A DNA stretch of 34,164 nt from Leidyana gryllorum EB-2025a (GCA_048772705.1 JBLWGC010000038.1:1-34164); one strand, 5' to 3'. Numbered from the stretch's first letter, positions 19,826 to 29,954 are shown. The notes: a model not told the origin generated them from the letters alone. Numbers and translations: made by a program.

Positions 19826-19916
19826 GTATGTCTCTGGAGTCTCGGATGGGAACTCTTGCCGGATCAACAACGCTTGATCGCAACACACTCTCATTTGACG
19901 CCCCCCCCTGTTGATC

Positions 19917-19990
19917 GGCGGTATGGCCCAATGGATGTGGCGTCGGTACACGGAACTGGGGATTGTGGGCTCGAGTCCCAGTAGCGTCTG
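19917..19990 (+). pseudogene. tRNA-Arg(ACG)-like pseudogene (related copies at 29412-29485 minus, 31951-32024 plus)
   Basis: Cloverleaf remnant with mismatched arms. Confidence 0.6.
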
Positions 19991-20137
19991 GGCGAGTGGT
20001 CGGGTTTTAGCCCCTCACAACTGATGCAAATCAGATTTTGTCTCAGCTGTCTAGACTTCATGCGGGATTGTACGAGTGAGAGCCGCATATCTTAGCCGAC
20101 CTTGGAGAGACGCGGAGTGAGACAACAATTGTAAGAC

Positions 20138-20208
20138 GTGCTGTTCTGGGAATCGAACCCAGACTCCTTCCACCCCAAGGAAGGGACATACAACTAGACC
20201 AAACAGCC
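20138..20208 (-). pseudogene. tRNA-Pro pseudogene (other degenerate copies near 21760-21823, 24779-24850, 28297-28368, 31487-31560, 32123-32194, all minus)
   Basis: Similar to intact Pro at 30423-30494. Confidence 0.7.
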
Positions 20209-20321
20209 GAACGGATGGTGGTGCAACTCGCTCAGCACAGTCGAGAGAGTGGCCATGCTATGAAGAATCACGAAATGCTGTGGCGTCTGCACACCGAGCG
20301 ACTAGCGCAACAAGTTATTAC

Positions 20322-20392
20322 GCATCTGTGGTCTAGTGGTAGAATGTCTCGTTGCGATCGAGACGACCCGGCTTCGATTCCCGGCAAATGCA
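20322..20392 (+). pseudogene. tRNA-Gly body with anticodon GCG
   Basis: Three differences from Gly(GCC) at 27189-27259, one in the anticodon. Confidence 0.7.
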
Positions 20393-20498
20393 GAGGACAC
20401 GTGCTTGTTTTTCACCATTCCAACAATTCATTCGTAAGTTGGCCCCGCATACGGTCTCGCTAAGTGCTTATTTTCACCGCCTTCCATGACTGTCTAGC

Positions 20499-20571
20499 GC
20501 CTCGGTAGCTCAGTTGGGAGAGCGCCAGACTGAAGATCGGGAAGTCCCGTGTTCGATCCACGGCCGAGGAA
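20499..20571 (+). tRNA. tRNA-Phe(GAA), slightly degenerate
   Basis: CT GAA GA loop; stem mismatches relative to 24232-24304. Confidence 0.7.
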
Positions 20572-20930
20572 GAGAGGTCGTGACATCTGGTGTCAGAATT
20601 CCTCGCCCCTCAGCTAAGCAGGCAGGCCCTGTCTCGATCACATGAGGGGCAGTGGAAGTCCTTGGAGTGCTTCAACAACCTCCCTCAACGGGCTTAGATG
20701 CGCGATTTCCTTCTTGGATTGACTTGTAAGCTTAGGGGCAGAGCGTTTGCTTCGTAAACGAGACGTCGGCGGCTCGATTCCGACAGAAGGCTTTGATGTA
20801 TCGATAAGTTCGAAACCTCTCAGGGCCGGGTTCTGCGGAACCCTACTCTCTCAACGCACTTGTGGTCTTGGACGCTTCAAAGGTCGTAACTCTGAGTATT
20901 TGTATACGGTGGGTGCCTCCGTACGAAGTT

Positions 20931-21003
20931 TGGACGACCCGGGCATTGATCCCAGTACCTCTCGCATGCTAAGCGAGCGCTCTACCATTTGAGCTAGTCG
21001 CCC
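20931..21003 (-). tRNA. tRNA-Ala(AGC)
   Basis: CTCGC TT AGC AT GCGAG; full cloverleaf. Confidence 0.8.
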
Positions 21004-21098
21004 GTTGCGCAGACCCACGAGCGTTTAGGGGTCTTGACATAGTTTGAGGTGTCTCGAGGAGGGTACGGCTCTCGGCTAAACTGCAGCTGAGGAAGTTG

Positions 21099-21171
21099 TC
21101 CACTGTAGTCTAAGTGGCTAGGATATGCGGCTCTCACCCGCACAATCCGGGTTTAAGTCCCGGCAGTGGAA
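21099..21171 (+). tRNA. tRNA-Glu(CTC)
   Basis: TGCGG CT CTC AC CCGCA; T-loop variant. Confidence 0.75.
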
Positions 21172-21231
21172 ATCCAGCAGAGTGTGCTTGTAGGCAACGG
21201 TTCCATTCCTACTCCCAGAGACATTGATTTG

Positions 21232-21304
21232 CACCGCCCGCGGGGCTCGAACCCGCGACTGCAAGATCAAAACTCTTGCGCTCTACCGACTGAGCTAGGG
21301 CGGC
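21232..21304 (-). tRNA. tRNA-Lys(TTT), loop variant
   Basis: CAAGA GT TTT GA TCTTG; intact stems. Confidence 0.75.
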
Positions 21305-21431
21305 AAGGAAGCTCTAAGCTTAGTTACACCCTATTTACCGTTGGATGGAGCAGTGGAAGTCATTGAACCGGTGCAATGTGCTCCAGTAACTTCAGTCAAT
21401 AGGGACTGATGCGTGATCTCCAGCTAACATT

Positions 21432-21503
21432 GCCTTCTTAGCTTAGGGGCAGAGCATTCGCTTAGTAAGCGAAAGGTCGCCGGTTCGATTCCGGCAGAAG
21501 GCT
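21432..21503 (+). tRNA. tRNA-Thr(AGT)
   Basis: TTCGC TT AGT AA GCGAA; GGTTCGATTCC; perfect acceptor stem. Confidence 0.9.
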
Positions 21504-21552
21504 TTGCTCACAAGCCGATCTATTCTAAAGCTGTTTCCCTTTTGCGCACATT

Positions 21553-21623
21553 TAGCAGTGCGTCCTTTCGATCGACAGACCTTTGGTTATGAGCCCAACA
21601 CTCTTGCACTGAGCTACACTGCT
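21553..21623 (-). pseudogene. tRNA-iMet(CAT), degenerate copy
   Basis: Copy of 32720-32791 with D-loop and stem changes. Confidence 0.75.
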
Positions 21624-21912
21624 CAGTCTGCAACATGTAAGAGGTAGCCGAAATGCGATTCTCGAGATCTTAGTTGCCCTGACTGCCCTACCGAAGTGGG
21701 CTAACGAGGTGGTTAGTTCTGAGGGCAACTTGTCCCGTCGGATTAACCGACGACCATTAGGGCTGTTCTGCGAATTGAACCCAGGACTTCTTCCACCCCA
21801 AGAAAGGATCCAGAGCAACAGCCGAATCCTTGGGTGCATGCAACCGGATATACAAATGGAGACTCGAATCCACTGTGGCCTTTTCCAGCCTACTTTTGGG
21901 GATGATGGCCGT

Positions 21913-21996
21913 TGCACAGAATGGGATTCGAACCCATGCAGACTTGCGCCTACCAGAACTTGAGTCTGGCCCCTTAGACCACTCGGGCATCTGTGC
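21913..21996 (-). tRNA. tRNA-Leu(CAA)
   Basis: CCAGA CT CAA GT TCTGG, long variable arm, GGTTCGAATCC. Confidence 0.92.
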
Positions 21997-22240
21997 GTTG
22001 CTTTTCTTCTGAGTTCCAGCGTGTGAACGGCTTCCGTTGCGACTGTCGAGGGTGCGGTGTACACGCCCCCGAGTACTCGTATGGCCCGGGGTGCTCAGAT
22101 GGCAACGCATCTGTCTCTAGTGGTGCCATCAGATATGCGACGAGTAAATTCCGTCCCACCGGAAGTTGAGGAGTGGACTCTCCTTTTCTATCCCATCCTG
22201 ATCGATGCTTCGCTACCTCTACAGCCTCGCTCAAAAATTT

Positions 22241-22312
22241 GTCCGAGTCGTCTAGTGGTTAGGACAGCACGTTGTGGCCGTGCAAACCCAGGCTCGATTC
22301 CTTGCTCGGACA
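22241..22312 (+). tRNA. tRNA-His(GTG), T-arm variant (degenerate copies at 29607-29677 minus, 31791-31864 plus)
   Basis: Perfect acceptor and anticodon stems. Confidence 0.7.
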
Positions 22313-22405
22313 ACCAATCTAAAGTGCATTGCAATTCCCCTCCAAACCTCTCAGATCCTTATCGAGACTGAGAGACCAGTCAGAAAAGCTCAAGTGCGTA
22401 AGCAA

Positions 22406-22476
22406 AGCCTTCTGCCGGAATCGAACCGGCGACCTTTCGCTTTCAAAGCGAATGCTCTGCCACCAGCTAAGAAGGC
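22406..22476 (-). pseudogene. tRNA-Thr body with anticodon TGA
   Basis: TTCGC TT TGA AA GCGAA; D-loop shortened. Confidence 0.7.
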
Positions 22477-22577
22477 AATGCTAACGGAAATTACTGAAGC
22501 TCGTTGTTCCACCGGTCCAATGCATCCACTGCTCCACCCAACGGCAAATAGGGTGTAACTCAGTTAAGAGCTTCGTT

Positions 22578-22650
22578 GCCGCCCTAGCTCAGCCCGTAGA
22601 GCGCAAGACTTTCAATCTTGCAGTCGCGGGTTCGAGCCCCGCGGGCGGTG
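22578..22650 (+). pseudogene. tRNA-Lys body with anticodon TTC
   Basis: CAAGA CT TTC AA TCTTG; D-loop GG lost. Confidence 0.7.
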
Positions 22651-22759
22651 CAAATCAATGTCTCGGGGAGCCGTTACAGGTGCGTAGATGACAATCAGGC
22701 TCCTCATGATATGTGTGTTCCCAGAGGCACACGCCCCTCTCACAGTCCGGAAGCTCCGT

Positions 22760-22832
22760 GCAGCCATGGTCTAGTGGTTACGGCGTCTGCTTAACACGCA
22801 GAAGGTCCCGAGTTCGATCACATGTGGCTGTA
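22760..22832 (+). pseudogene. tRNA-Val(AAC) with damaged T-stem
   Basis: TCTGC TT AAC AC GCAGA. Confidence 0.7.
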
Positions 22833-22984
22833 GCTCGAATCTTTGAAGTGAGTCCCACCAAAGCGAGGAAACAGGCTCTCTCCAAAACAGGGCATCGAAC
22901 CCGCGTCTTCCGCGTCTTCAACCCTAAAAGTCTTCCTTCTCGAGAACTTCACGGACAGAAAACCTGTAAAGTGGCGAACGCTCC

Positions 22985-23064
22985 GGCAAGATGGCCGAGT
23001 GGTCTAAGACGCTGTGTTCAGGCCGCAGTCCGAAAGGGCGTGGGTTCGAATCCCACTCTTGTCA
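22985..23064 (+). tRNA. tRNA-Leu(CAG)
   Basis: CTGTG TT CAG GC CGCAG; variable arm; GGTTCGAATCC. Confidence 0.85.
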
Positions 23065-23122
23065 GCCGTTGTATCGGCTCGGTCAGCCACTGGATGCAAT
23101 AGGTCTTCCATGTAGAGCGGAT

Positions 23123-23195
23123 GGGCGGCTAGCTCAGATGGTAGAGCGCTCGCTTTGCATGCGAGAGGTACTGGGATCGATACCCAGGTCGTCCA
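23123..23195 (+). tRNA. tRNA-Ala(TGC)
   Basis: CTCGC TT TGC AT GCGAG; full cloverleaf. Confidence 0.88.
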
Positions 23196-23584
23196 AACTC
23201 AGTAGGGCGGCACCTGCCGGTAGATAAATATAGAGTTGCGACCTCTAAGAGAGCGTCGCATATCGCAGCTCCCGGCACTGCTAGGTTTCGAAACTGCGAC
23301 TTTGTGGTGAACAGCTACACGCTTTGCCGATGAGCTACAAGACCCAGTTGCAATCTTCTTCCAAGCGACGGAAAATCATACCTGCAGACCAAACAGCCCC
23401 CTGGTCGGCCTGCCCTCATAGGTGTAAAATCAGTCCGCATCTCAAGAACCACATTTCGGCTTCCTTCATGATATCCGACGCTGGAGTAGTGGAACTCAGT
23501 GCGAGAGTTTTGGGCTTATGACTGTAGGGTCCGAGGTCTCCTGCTATGCACTCAGGGTCGCGTTCGGCTGTCATTGAATTGATT

Positions 23585-23658
23585 TGCTCCCCGGGGGGAT
23601 CGAACCCTCGACCTTCGGCACGTAAGGCCGATGCTCTAACCAGCTGACCTAGGGGAGC
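23585..23658 (-). tRNA. tRNA with anticodon TAC; body resembles Ile(TAT) more than the local Val genes
   Basis: GCTCCCC/GGGGAGC acceptor; TCGGC CT TAC GT GCCGA. Confidence 0.65.
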
Positions 23659-23803
23659 GATCACCGCCGTGCCACCGCGTCACCCATATTGGAATCTATC
23701 TGGGGGGATTGTTACAGAAAGCGCCGGGCTCGTGCCGACCAAGCTTGTCAGCGACGTGTTTGACTCGCTGGCAATTTGCCACAGCGGTTTGAGGCGTGGG
23801 TTC

Positions 23804-23874
23804 CGCATCTGCAGGGAATCGAACCCCGGCCGTCCCGGTAGCAACGAGACATTCTATCACTATACCACAGATGC
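23804..23874 (-). pseudogene. tRNA-Gly pseudogene (more divergent Gly-like copies at 28033-28103 plus, 33843-33913 minus)
   Basis: Similar to 27189-27259 with several substitutions. Confidence 0.7.
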
Positions 23875-24231
23875 AGGACACGATGTTGCTGCATCTTGTA
23901 CGTGGTGACAGCCGTTGTTTAGAGAGCCTATGGATGCACTGTCGAAATCGAGCAGCCGACGTCTCGCTTACGAAGCAAACGCTCTGCCCCTGAGCTACGA
24001 AGGAAATCCGCCAAAGAAATTACGCATCTCACCGCGTTGAGGGAGATTGCTGAACCACTCCAAGGAGTTCCATTGCCGGGCCTTGAACCCGGACCGTGCG
24101 GGTGAAAGCCGCATATCCCAGCCGGTCTCAGCCATACCCTCATGTGATCGAGACAGGGCCTGCCTGGTTAGCTGAGGGGCAGAACGCTCGCACCGGCGCG
24201 GGGGTTCTGACACCAGATTTCACAACCTCTC

Positions 24232-24304
24232 TGCCTCGGCCGTGGATCGAACACGGGACTTCCAGATCTTCAGTCTGGCGCTCTCCCAACTGAGCTACCG
24301 AGGC
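24232..24304 (-). tRNA. tRNA-Phe(GAA)
   Basis: CCAGA CT GAA GA TCTGG; all stems paired. Confidence 0.92.
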
Positions 24305-24397
24305 GCCAGACAGCCATGGAAGGCGGTGAAAAGAAGGACTCACCGCGGCCGTATGTGGGCCCACTGCTTAAAGAAGCGCTAGTCCGAATGGTGAATG

Positions 24398-24468
24398 GGT
24401 TGCGTGAAGTAGTGTTTAGCACTGGAGACTCTTAATCTTCCGACCTGGTTCGATCTCCGGCGCGACCT
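24398..24468 (+). pseudogene. tRNA-Gln body with anticodon CTT
   Basis: Degenerate copy of Gln at 33073-33144. Confidence 0.7.
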
Positions 24469-24532
24469 TGGAACTGATCCTCACTACTCCCTGAAACTTC
24501 GCGACTTCTCTTGGGCTGCGGGTACCATGCGT

Positions 24533-24605
24533 GTAGCCATGGTCTAGTGGTTACGACGTCTGCTTCACACGCAGACGGTCCCGAGTTCAATCCCAGGTGG
24601 CTGTA
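24533..24605 (+). tRNA. tRNA-Val(CAC), degenerate
   Basis: TCTGC TT CAC AC GCAGA; T-arm mismatches. Confidence 0.7.
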
Positions 24606-24938
24606 GCTCGCATCTTTGAAGTGAGTCCCACCAAAGCGAGGAAACGGGCTCTCTCCAAAACAGGTGGTGTAGTGGAAGGGTCGCTCGTTGCCATCGAGAT
24701 AACCTGTGTGCGATTTCTGACTGCGCTACACTCCCCCTCCGACTTTCTCCGAGGAATTGGGTCAAGATACAACAACGCGGGCTGTTCTGGGAATGGAACC
24801 CCGGACTTCAGCCACCCGACGGAGGAATCATACCACTAGACCAAAGAGCGGCCTGTCATTCGTGCAACCCGCTGAAGACAGTTTAAAAAGTGGTCATCCT
24901 ATGTTGAGAACCAACAAATGCGATGGGGTCCGCACAAC

Positions 24939-24994
24939 GGGCGACTAGCTCAAATGGTAGAGCGCTCGCTTAGCATGCGAGAGGTACTGGGATC
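24939..24994 (+). pseudogene. tRNA-Ala(AGC) truncated at the T-loop GATC
   Basis: Identical to the 5' 56 nt of 28457-28529, then switches to gag sequence. Confidence 0.85.
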
Positions 24995-26435
24995 CCTTCA
25001 GTGGCAAGGAGTTTGGCAAAGCCAGGGACTGGCTTGATGGTTGTTCTGCCAGATTCGTGGCGAGCGATATTCAAAAGGATCGAAGCAAGGTTCGAGCGGC
25101 ATGCAGACTTTTAACGGGAGCGGCAGCCAGGTGGTTCCTAGCAAGACCCAGTATCTTAGACAGCACGTGGATAGAATTTCGCAACAAAATGATAACCGCT
25201 TTCGATACCAATGAGTCACTGAACGACGACCTGACCAAACTTACGAAGCTGACGAAGTCAGGGAGTATGGAGACCTACGTGTCCGAATTCCGGAATCTCA
25301 CCAGAGAGATAGAAAGCTCAGTGGGGAAAACGGCTCTCAGCAATCTATTCTTCAGAGGACTGCCAGAAAAGGACCGGGTGGCCCTCATATCCTGTCTAGG
25401 AATGGAGCTGGACAGCATTTATGATCGAGCGCTTCAGTACGCATTACTCACACAGGCTCCAACCACGAGGCCAGAGTACTGCCTGGCAATTTCACGACAG
25501 CCACCACGCGTGGGAGAAAAGTGTCCCTTCTCGCATGAGATTTGTACAAAGGAGAGGCGATGCTACAATTGTGGAAGTCAAGATCACATGGCATGGAAAT
25601 GCCCGCTCAGCCGTAGTGATGGAGTCACGGCCAAAAGGCGAGCTGCACCGGATAGACATCATGCAACGAACCAGAAGGCACGCAGAGTCTTCACTGTCCA
25701 ACACCGAGAGGATTTTACGGACTCCCAGGATCACGTGGCGAGTGGAATCCAAGGGGAAGGGAGCCAGGAACAACCGTGCCTACTGTGACAACGCGGTGGG
25801 AGATAGCGAACCCAGAGCAAGATGAAACGCGAAGAGATGCCTGCGTATTGATCGATACGGGTGCAGATATGGCGTGCATTCAAGAGGAAATGCTACACCA
25901 ATTACGACTAAAAAGCCTGGAGGAGACTGTGACGTTGAGAGGCGTGGCGGGGGCGAACACTTACCCAACGACCAGAGTGCAAGTCATTACCCCGAAAGGG
26001 AGGTCCATGACCCTCAAAGCCGCGGTGGTGGGGGGCTTACCCTACGAATTGATCCTACCAACACAAGCCATCGAACGACTCCAGCTGTGCATAGCGGTAG
26101 GGGAGAATCAACGTATCTGCATCCTGGAAGGAGTGATGATCCCTCTCAATCTAGCGACAACCACTAATCAGTGGATGAGGAGTGATTTAAGGGAGGCATA
26201 CGTAGCAACCAAGGCTTCGTCATTCGAACCCATAAAAGAGCCGATAGACATCCCAGTGCAGCATCTCCACATATTGACGGACAGACCCACGATATTCGCA
26301 GAAACACCACCCATGCCGCCTATAAGGAAAGGGGTGGACCATCGAATTGAGTTGAAAGACCCAGCGGTCAGACCGTTTGTCCGACAACCGTACCGGATAG
26401 CGCAGCAGTTCATGGGCGAATTGCGACAGCAGATC
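24991..26435 (+). mobile_element. Fragment E: 5'-truncated gag, frameshift site, protease and RT start; the missing upstream part of element D
   Basis: PFSGKEFGKARDWLDGC..., CYNCGSQDHMAWKC, GGATTTT at 25710, LIDTGA; ends ELRQQI exactly where D begins. Confidence 0.9.
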
Positions 26436-26657
26436 TCTGATACAGATTCGGACTTAGTAACCAATTCCATTTGTATTGATCGTGGAATCTTGGGCCTTCC
26501 TTGGGTACGGGGCGAGCTTCCTTGCCGCCCCAACTCCGTCAGTAGAGCGCAAGACTTTTGAAGGGAGATCCGCGGGTTTGGGCGGCGCGAGCAGTCCTAG
26601 TAAAGCTTGCTGAACCGTATGTGAAGCCACTGGCCGCAAAATGCCAAGTTCTACAGC

Positions 26658-26739
26658 GGCAACTTGCCCGAGTGGTTACGGGGGTAGACTAGAAATCTAC
26701 TGGGCATGGCCCGCACTGGTTCAAATCCAGCAGTTGTCG
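26658..26739 (+). tRNA. tRNA-Ser(AGA) (degenerate relative at 27030-27113)
   Basis: GTAGA CT AGA AA TCTAC; long variable arm. Confidence 0.8.
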
Positions 26740-26858
26740 TGTGCTGCGATCATCGGAGTAGGCGGCTGGGCTCAAAACACCAGCAGTACATGCTAAGGAT
26801 TGCAGTGGCGACGCAGAGGCATCAAGTAAGTGAATCGGTGCCATCTGTCGTCGGAGGC

Positions 26859-26932
26859 GGTCGCGTAGCTCAGTCGGTTAGAGCGTGAGCCTAATAAGCT
26901 CAAGGTCCCCGGTTCAAGCCCGGGCGTGACCA
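26859..26932 (+). tRNA. tRNA-Ile(AAT)
   Basis: TGAGC CT AAT AA GCTCA; full cloverleaf. Confidence 0.88.
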
Positions 26933-27188
26933 AGGGAGTGGATCTGTGATACAGAGTTGCCCTCGACCCGAAGAAGCCCCAACATTCTACGACGAATACG
27001 GATGGAATCTGTTACTAAGTTCGACAGTTGCCAACTTGCCGGAGTGGGGAAGGGGAGAAGATTTGATCTCTACAGGGCCTGGGCCGGGCTGGTGCAGATC
27101 CAGCAGTTGTCGTGCGATGTGATCGGAGGGGTCAGACACCAACTCAAGCGTAAATCCCTGGATTGGTGGGAAAACCAACTATGTCTTC

Positions 27189-27259
27189 TGCATCTGCCGG
27201 GAATCGAACCCGGGTCGTCTCGATGGCAACGAGACATTCTACCACTAGACCACAGATGC
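27189..27259 (-). tRNA. tRNA-Gly(GCC)
   Basis: TCTCG TT GCC AT CGAGA; all stems paired. Confidence 0.92.
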
Positions 27260-27379
27260 ATAATATCTTGTTGAGCTAGTCGCCCGCTGTGCAGACCTCA
27301 TAGCATTCCGTGGTTTTCCCCCCTCATCAGATACCTGTTTCCAGAGACACACGCCCCTTTCACAGTCCGAAAGCTCCGC

Positions 27380-27452
27380 GCAGCCATGGTCTAGTGGTTA
27401 CGACGTCTGCTTCACACGCAGAAGGTCCCGAGTTCGATCCTCGGTGGCTGTA
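27380..27452 (+). tRNA. tRNA-Val(CAC) (5'-damaged copy at 32945-33010 minus)
   Basis: Full cloverleaf with AGTTCGATCCT. Confidence 0.9.
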
Positions 27453-27505
27453 GCTCGCAACTTTATCTGAGCACCACGAAATCTGAAGCGGAAAAACGAA
27501 CTGTG

Positions 27506-27575
27506 CTCCGAGACGGGAATCGACTCTGGTCTTCCGCGTGATAGGCGGAAATTCTAACCGCTATACTATCTCGGA
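27506..27575 (-). pseudogene. tRNA-Asp pseudogene (anticodon ATC)
   Basis: TCCGC CT ATC AC GCGGA; T-arm damaged. Confidence 0.7.
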
Positions 27576-27669
27576 CGCTCTGGATACGCCGGCCTCCAAC
27601 CCTAGAAGTTCTTCCATTTTGAGATTCCACGAATAGAAAACGCGTGGGGCGGCGAGCCAACAACATTTC

Positions 27670-27749
27670 GGCAAGATGGCCGAGTGGTCCAAGGCGCTGA
27701 GCTCAGGCCGCAGTCCGAAAGGGCGTGGGTTTGAATCCCACTCTTGTCA
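27670..27749 (+). tRNA. tRNA-Leu(CAG), degenerate
   Basis: Copy of 22985-23064 with T-loop change. Confidence 0.7.
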
Positions 27750-27894
27750 GGCGTTGTAGTCAGGACAACCTGCGACTTCATCCTGCGACTTCATCCCAGC
27801 ATGCCCCCACGATGCGGGCGGGGCAGCCCGCCGTGCACGTGGCACCCGGCTAACTTTTGTCGATACAACTGCCACATGATTCTCCAGCTAAGTT

Positions 27895-27966
27895 GCCTTC
27901 TTACCTTAGGGGCAGAGCGTTCGCTTCGTAAGCGAGAAGTTGCCGGTTCGATTCCGGCAGAAGGCT
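27895..27966 (+). tRNA. tRNA-Thr(CGT) (degenerate copies near 20725-20792 plus, 23935-24005 minus)
   Basis: TTCGC TT CGT AA GCGAG; GGTTCGATTCC. Confidence 0.8.
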
Positions 27967-28147
27967 TTGATGCATCGATAAGCTTATGAGGAATGGCTGT
28001 CACCACGTACAAGATTTACCAAATCGTGTTCTGCATCTGTGGTCTAGTGGAAGAGTCGCTCGCTGCAATGGAGATAACCCGTGTGCGATTCCTGACAGAT
28101 GCAGAATGATAGCATGATGAGTTTGTCGGCGGTTTCAATTCTGACCG

Positions 28148-28220
28148 CGGGAGTGGAGAGGATCGAACTCTCGACTTCAGGATTATGAGACCTACGCGCT
28201 ACCGACTGCGCTACACTCCC
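28148..28220 (-). tRNA. Elongator tRNA-Met(CAT)
   Basis: TAGGT CT CAT AA TCCTG; AGTTCGATCCT. Confidence 0.88.
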
Positions 28221-28456
28221 CCTCCGACTTTCTCCGAGGAATCACGTGAACCCAGAACCATGCTGCCAGGCAGGTTGGGTCAAGATACAACCAAGCGGGC
28301 TGTTCTGGGAATGGAACCTAGGACTTCTTCCACCCGACGGAAGTATCATACCACTAGACCAAAAAGCCGCCTGTCATTCGTGCAACCCGCTGAAGACAGT
28401 TTAAAAAGTGGTCATCCTATGTTGAGAACCAACAAATGCGATGGGGTCCGCACAAC

Positions 28457-28529
28457 GGGCGACTAGCTCAAATGGTAGAGCGCTCGCTTAGCATGCGAGA
28501 GGTACTGGGATCGATGCCCAGGTCGTCCA
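28457..28529 (+). tRNA. tRNA-Ala(AGC)
   Basis: Full cloverleaf with the eukaryotic Ala-type GGATCGAT T-loop. Confidence 0.9.
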
Positions 28530-28812
28530 AAGTACGTACGGCTGCACGTGGCCGGATTCAAACCCATCGTTGTCATCTTTGAAGGGTCGCGAACCACAAG
28601 TGCCATTGGGAGAACACCGCAGTCAATGTCTAGGGTGCCTCTGAAGCCGGTTTTGCTAGGTTCCGGACCTGCGAGCCTGTCATCAAAAGCCACACGCTCT
28701 GCCGACTGAGCTACAAGACGCCTTACAATGTTGCAGAGCTTAGTAGAGGGACCCCCTTTGTTGTAGGTTGACCCGACGGACCACGTCTTGTTAACCTCAA
28801 CTGGGGAACTTG

Positions 28813-28885
28813 TCCACTGTAGTCTAAGTGGCTAGGATATGCGGCTCTCACCCGCATGATCCGGGTTCAAGTCCCGGTAGTGGAA
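28813..28885 (+). tRNA. tRNA-Glu(CTC)
   Basis: Full cloverleaf; GGTTCAAGTCC. Confidence 0.88.
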
Positions 28886-29044
28886 GCTACTCGAGCGAAG
28901 CGCTCCAGTAATCCCCGTCAACAGTGACTGATTCCTGATCTTCGGCCTGCATTGCCTTCTTAGCTTAGGGGAGCATTCGCTTAGTAAGCGAAAGGTCGCC
29001 GATTCGTTTCCTTCTCGAGGGAAGGTGTAACCAGTTACACTCTC

Positions 29045-29126
29045 GGCAAGGTGGCCGAGCGGTTAAGGCGGTGGCCTGCTAAGCCGTTGGGTTTCACCCC
29101 CGTGAGTTCGAATTTCACCCTTGTCG
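29045..29126 (+). tRNA. tRNA-Ser(GCT)
   Basis: GTGGC CT GCT AA GCCGT; long variable arm. Confidence 0.82.
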
Positions 29127-29239
29127 GTAGCATTCGGGGAGAGCGCAACTGCTTCAATGATTGAAATGAGGTTTCCGCCCGACTCGAACTCGCTTTACGC
29201 TGGACGCTGTACCAAGTCAATTGTACTGTCTGATGCACC

Positions 29240-29311
29240 GGCTGTTTGGTCTAGTGGTATGATTCTTCCTTCGGGCGGAAGAAGTCCTGAGTTCGATTCC
29301 CAGAACAGCCC
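29240..29311 (+). tRNA. tRNA-Pro(CGG)
   Basis: CTTCC TT CGG GC GGAAG. Confidence 0.82.
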
Positions 29312-29752
29312 GTCTGATAGTTGTTGACGCAACACGGCACTCGACCCATCCCGAACAGCTAAGACAGGATCTGAGTTGTTGACTCAACAGGCTGCAACCC
29401 GGCCATTCGCCCAGACGCTATTGGGACTCGAACCCAGAATCCCCGGTTCCTATGACCGAGGCCATATCCGTTAAGCCATAGCGCCGACTAACGGAGCCGT
29501 CAAATGGAAGTGTGTAGCGATCAAGACGACATGGGCAGCTACGCCCGATCGTGGGTTCGGACAAACTTCACCTACATCTCCCATTCGAGACATCGGGGAC
29601 ATACTATCGAAGCCAGGATTCGGGCCTGGGTATGCACGGCCACAACTTGCTGTTGTAACCACTAGACGACCCGGACAATCTTCAAGTGAGGCTGGTGGGT
29701 ACCAAAGCCACTTTAGATGTCAGGCTATCGAGTTTTGTGTCTTTGGTTGCCT

Positions 29753-29825
29753 GAGGCCCTAGCTCAGTCGGTAGAGCGCAAGACTCTTAATCTTGCAGTC
29801 GCGGGTTCGAGCCCCGCGGGCGGTG
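29753..29825 (+). tRNA. tRNA-Lys(CTT), 5' acceptor strand damaged
   Basis: CAAGA CT CTT AA TCTTG; T5 run shortly downstream. Confidence 0.7.
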
Positions 29826-29881
29826 TGGATCTTTTTCCCTGGAAGTAAGGAACTGTTGCCTACAAGCACATTCAGCAATAT

Positions 29882-29954
29882 TTCCACTGCCGGGACTTGA
29901 ACCCGGGTCATGCGGGTGAGAGCCGCATATCCTAGCCACTTAGACTACAGTGGA
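29882..29954 (-). tRNA. tRNA-Glu(CTC)
   Basis: All stems paired. Confidence 0.9.

Noticed and set aside
24939-26435. Ty3-like targeted integration next to tRNA genes
   Set aside because: E has no LTR or TSD and its ends are GATC rearrangement junctions; no LTR end lies just upstream of a tRNA gene in this window
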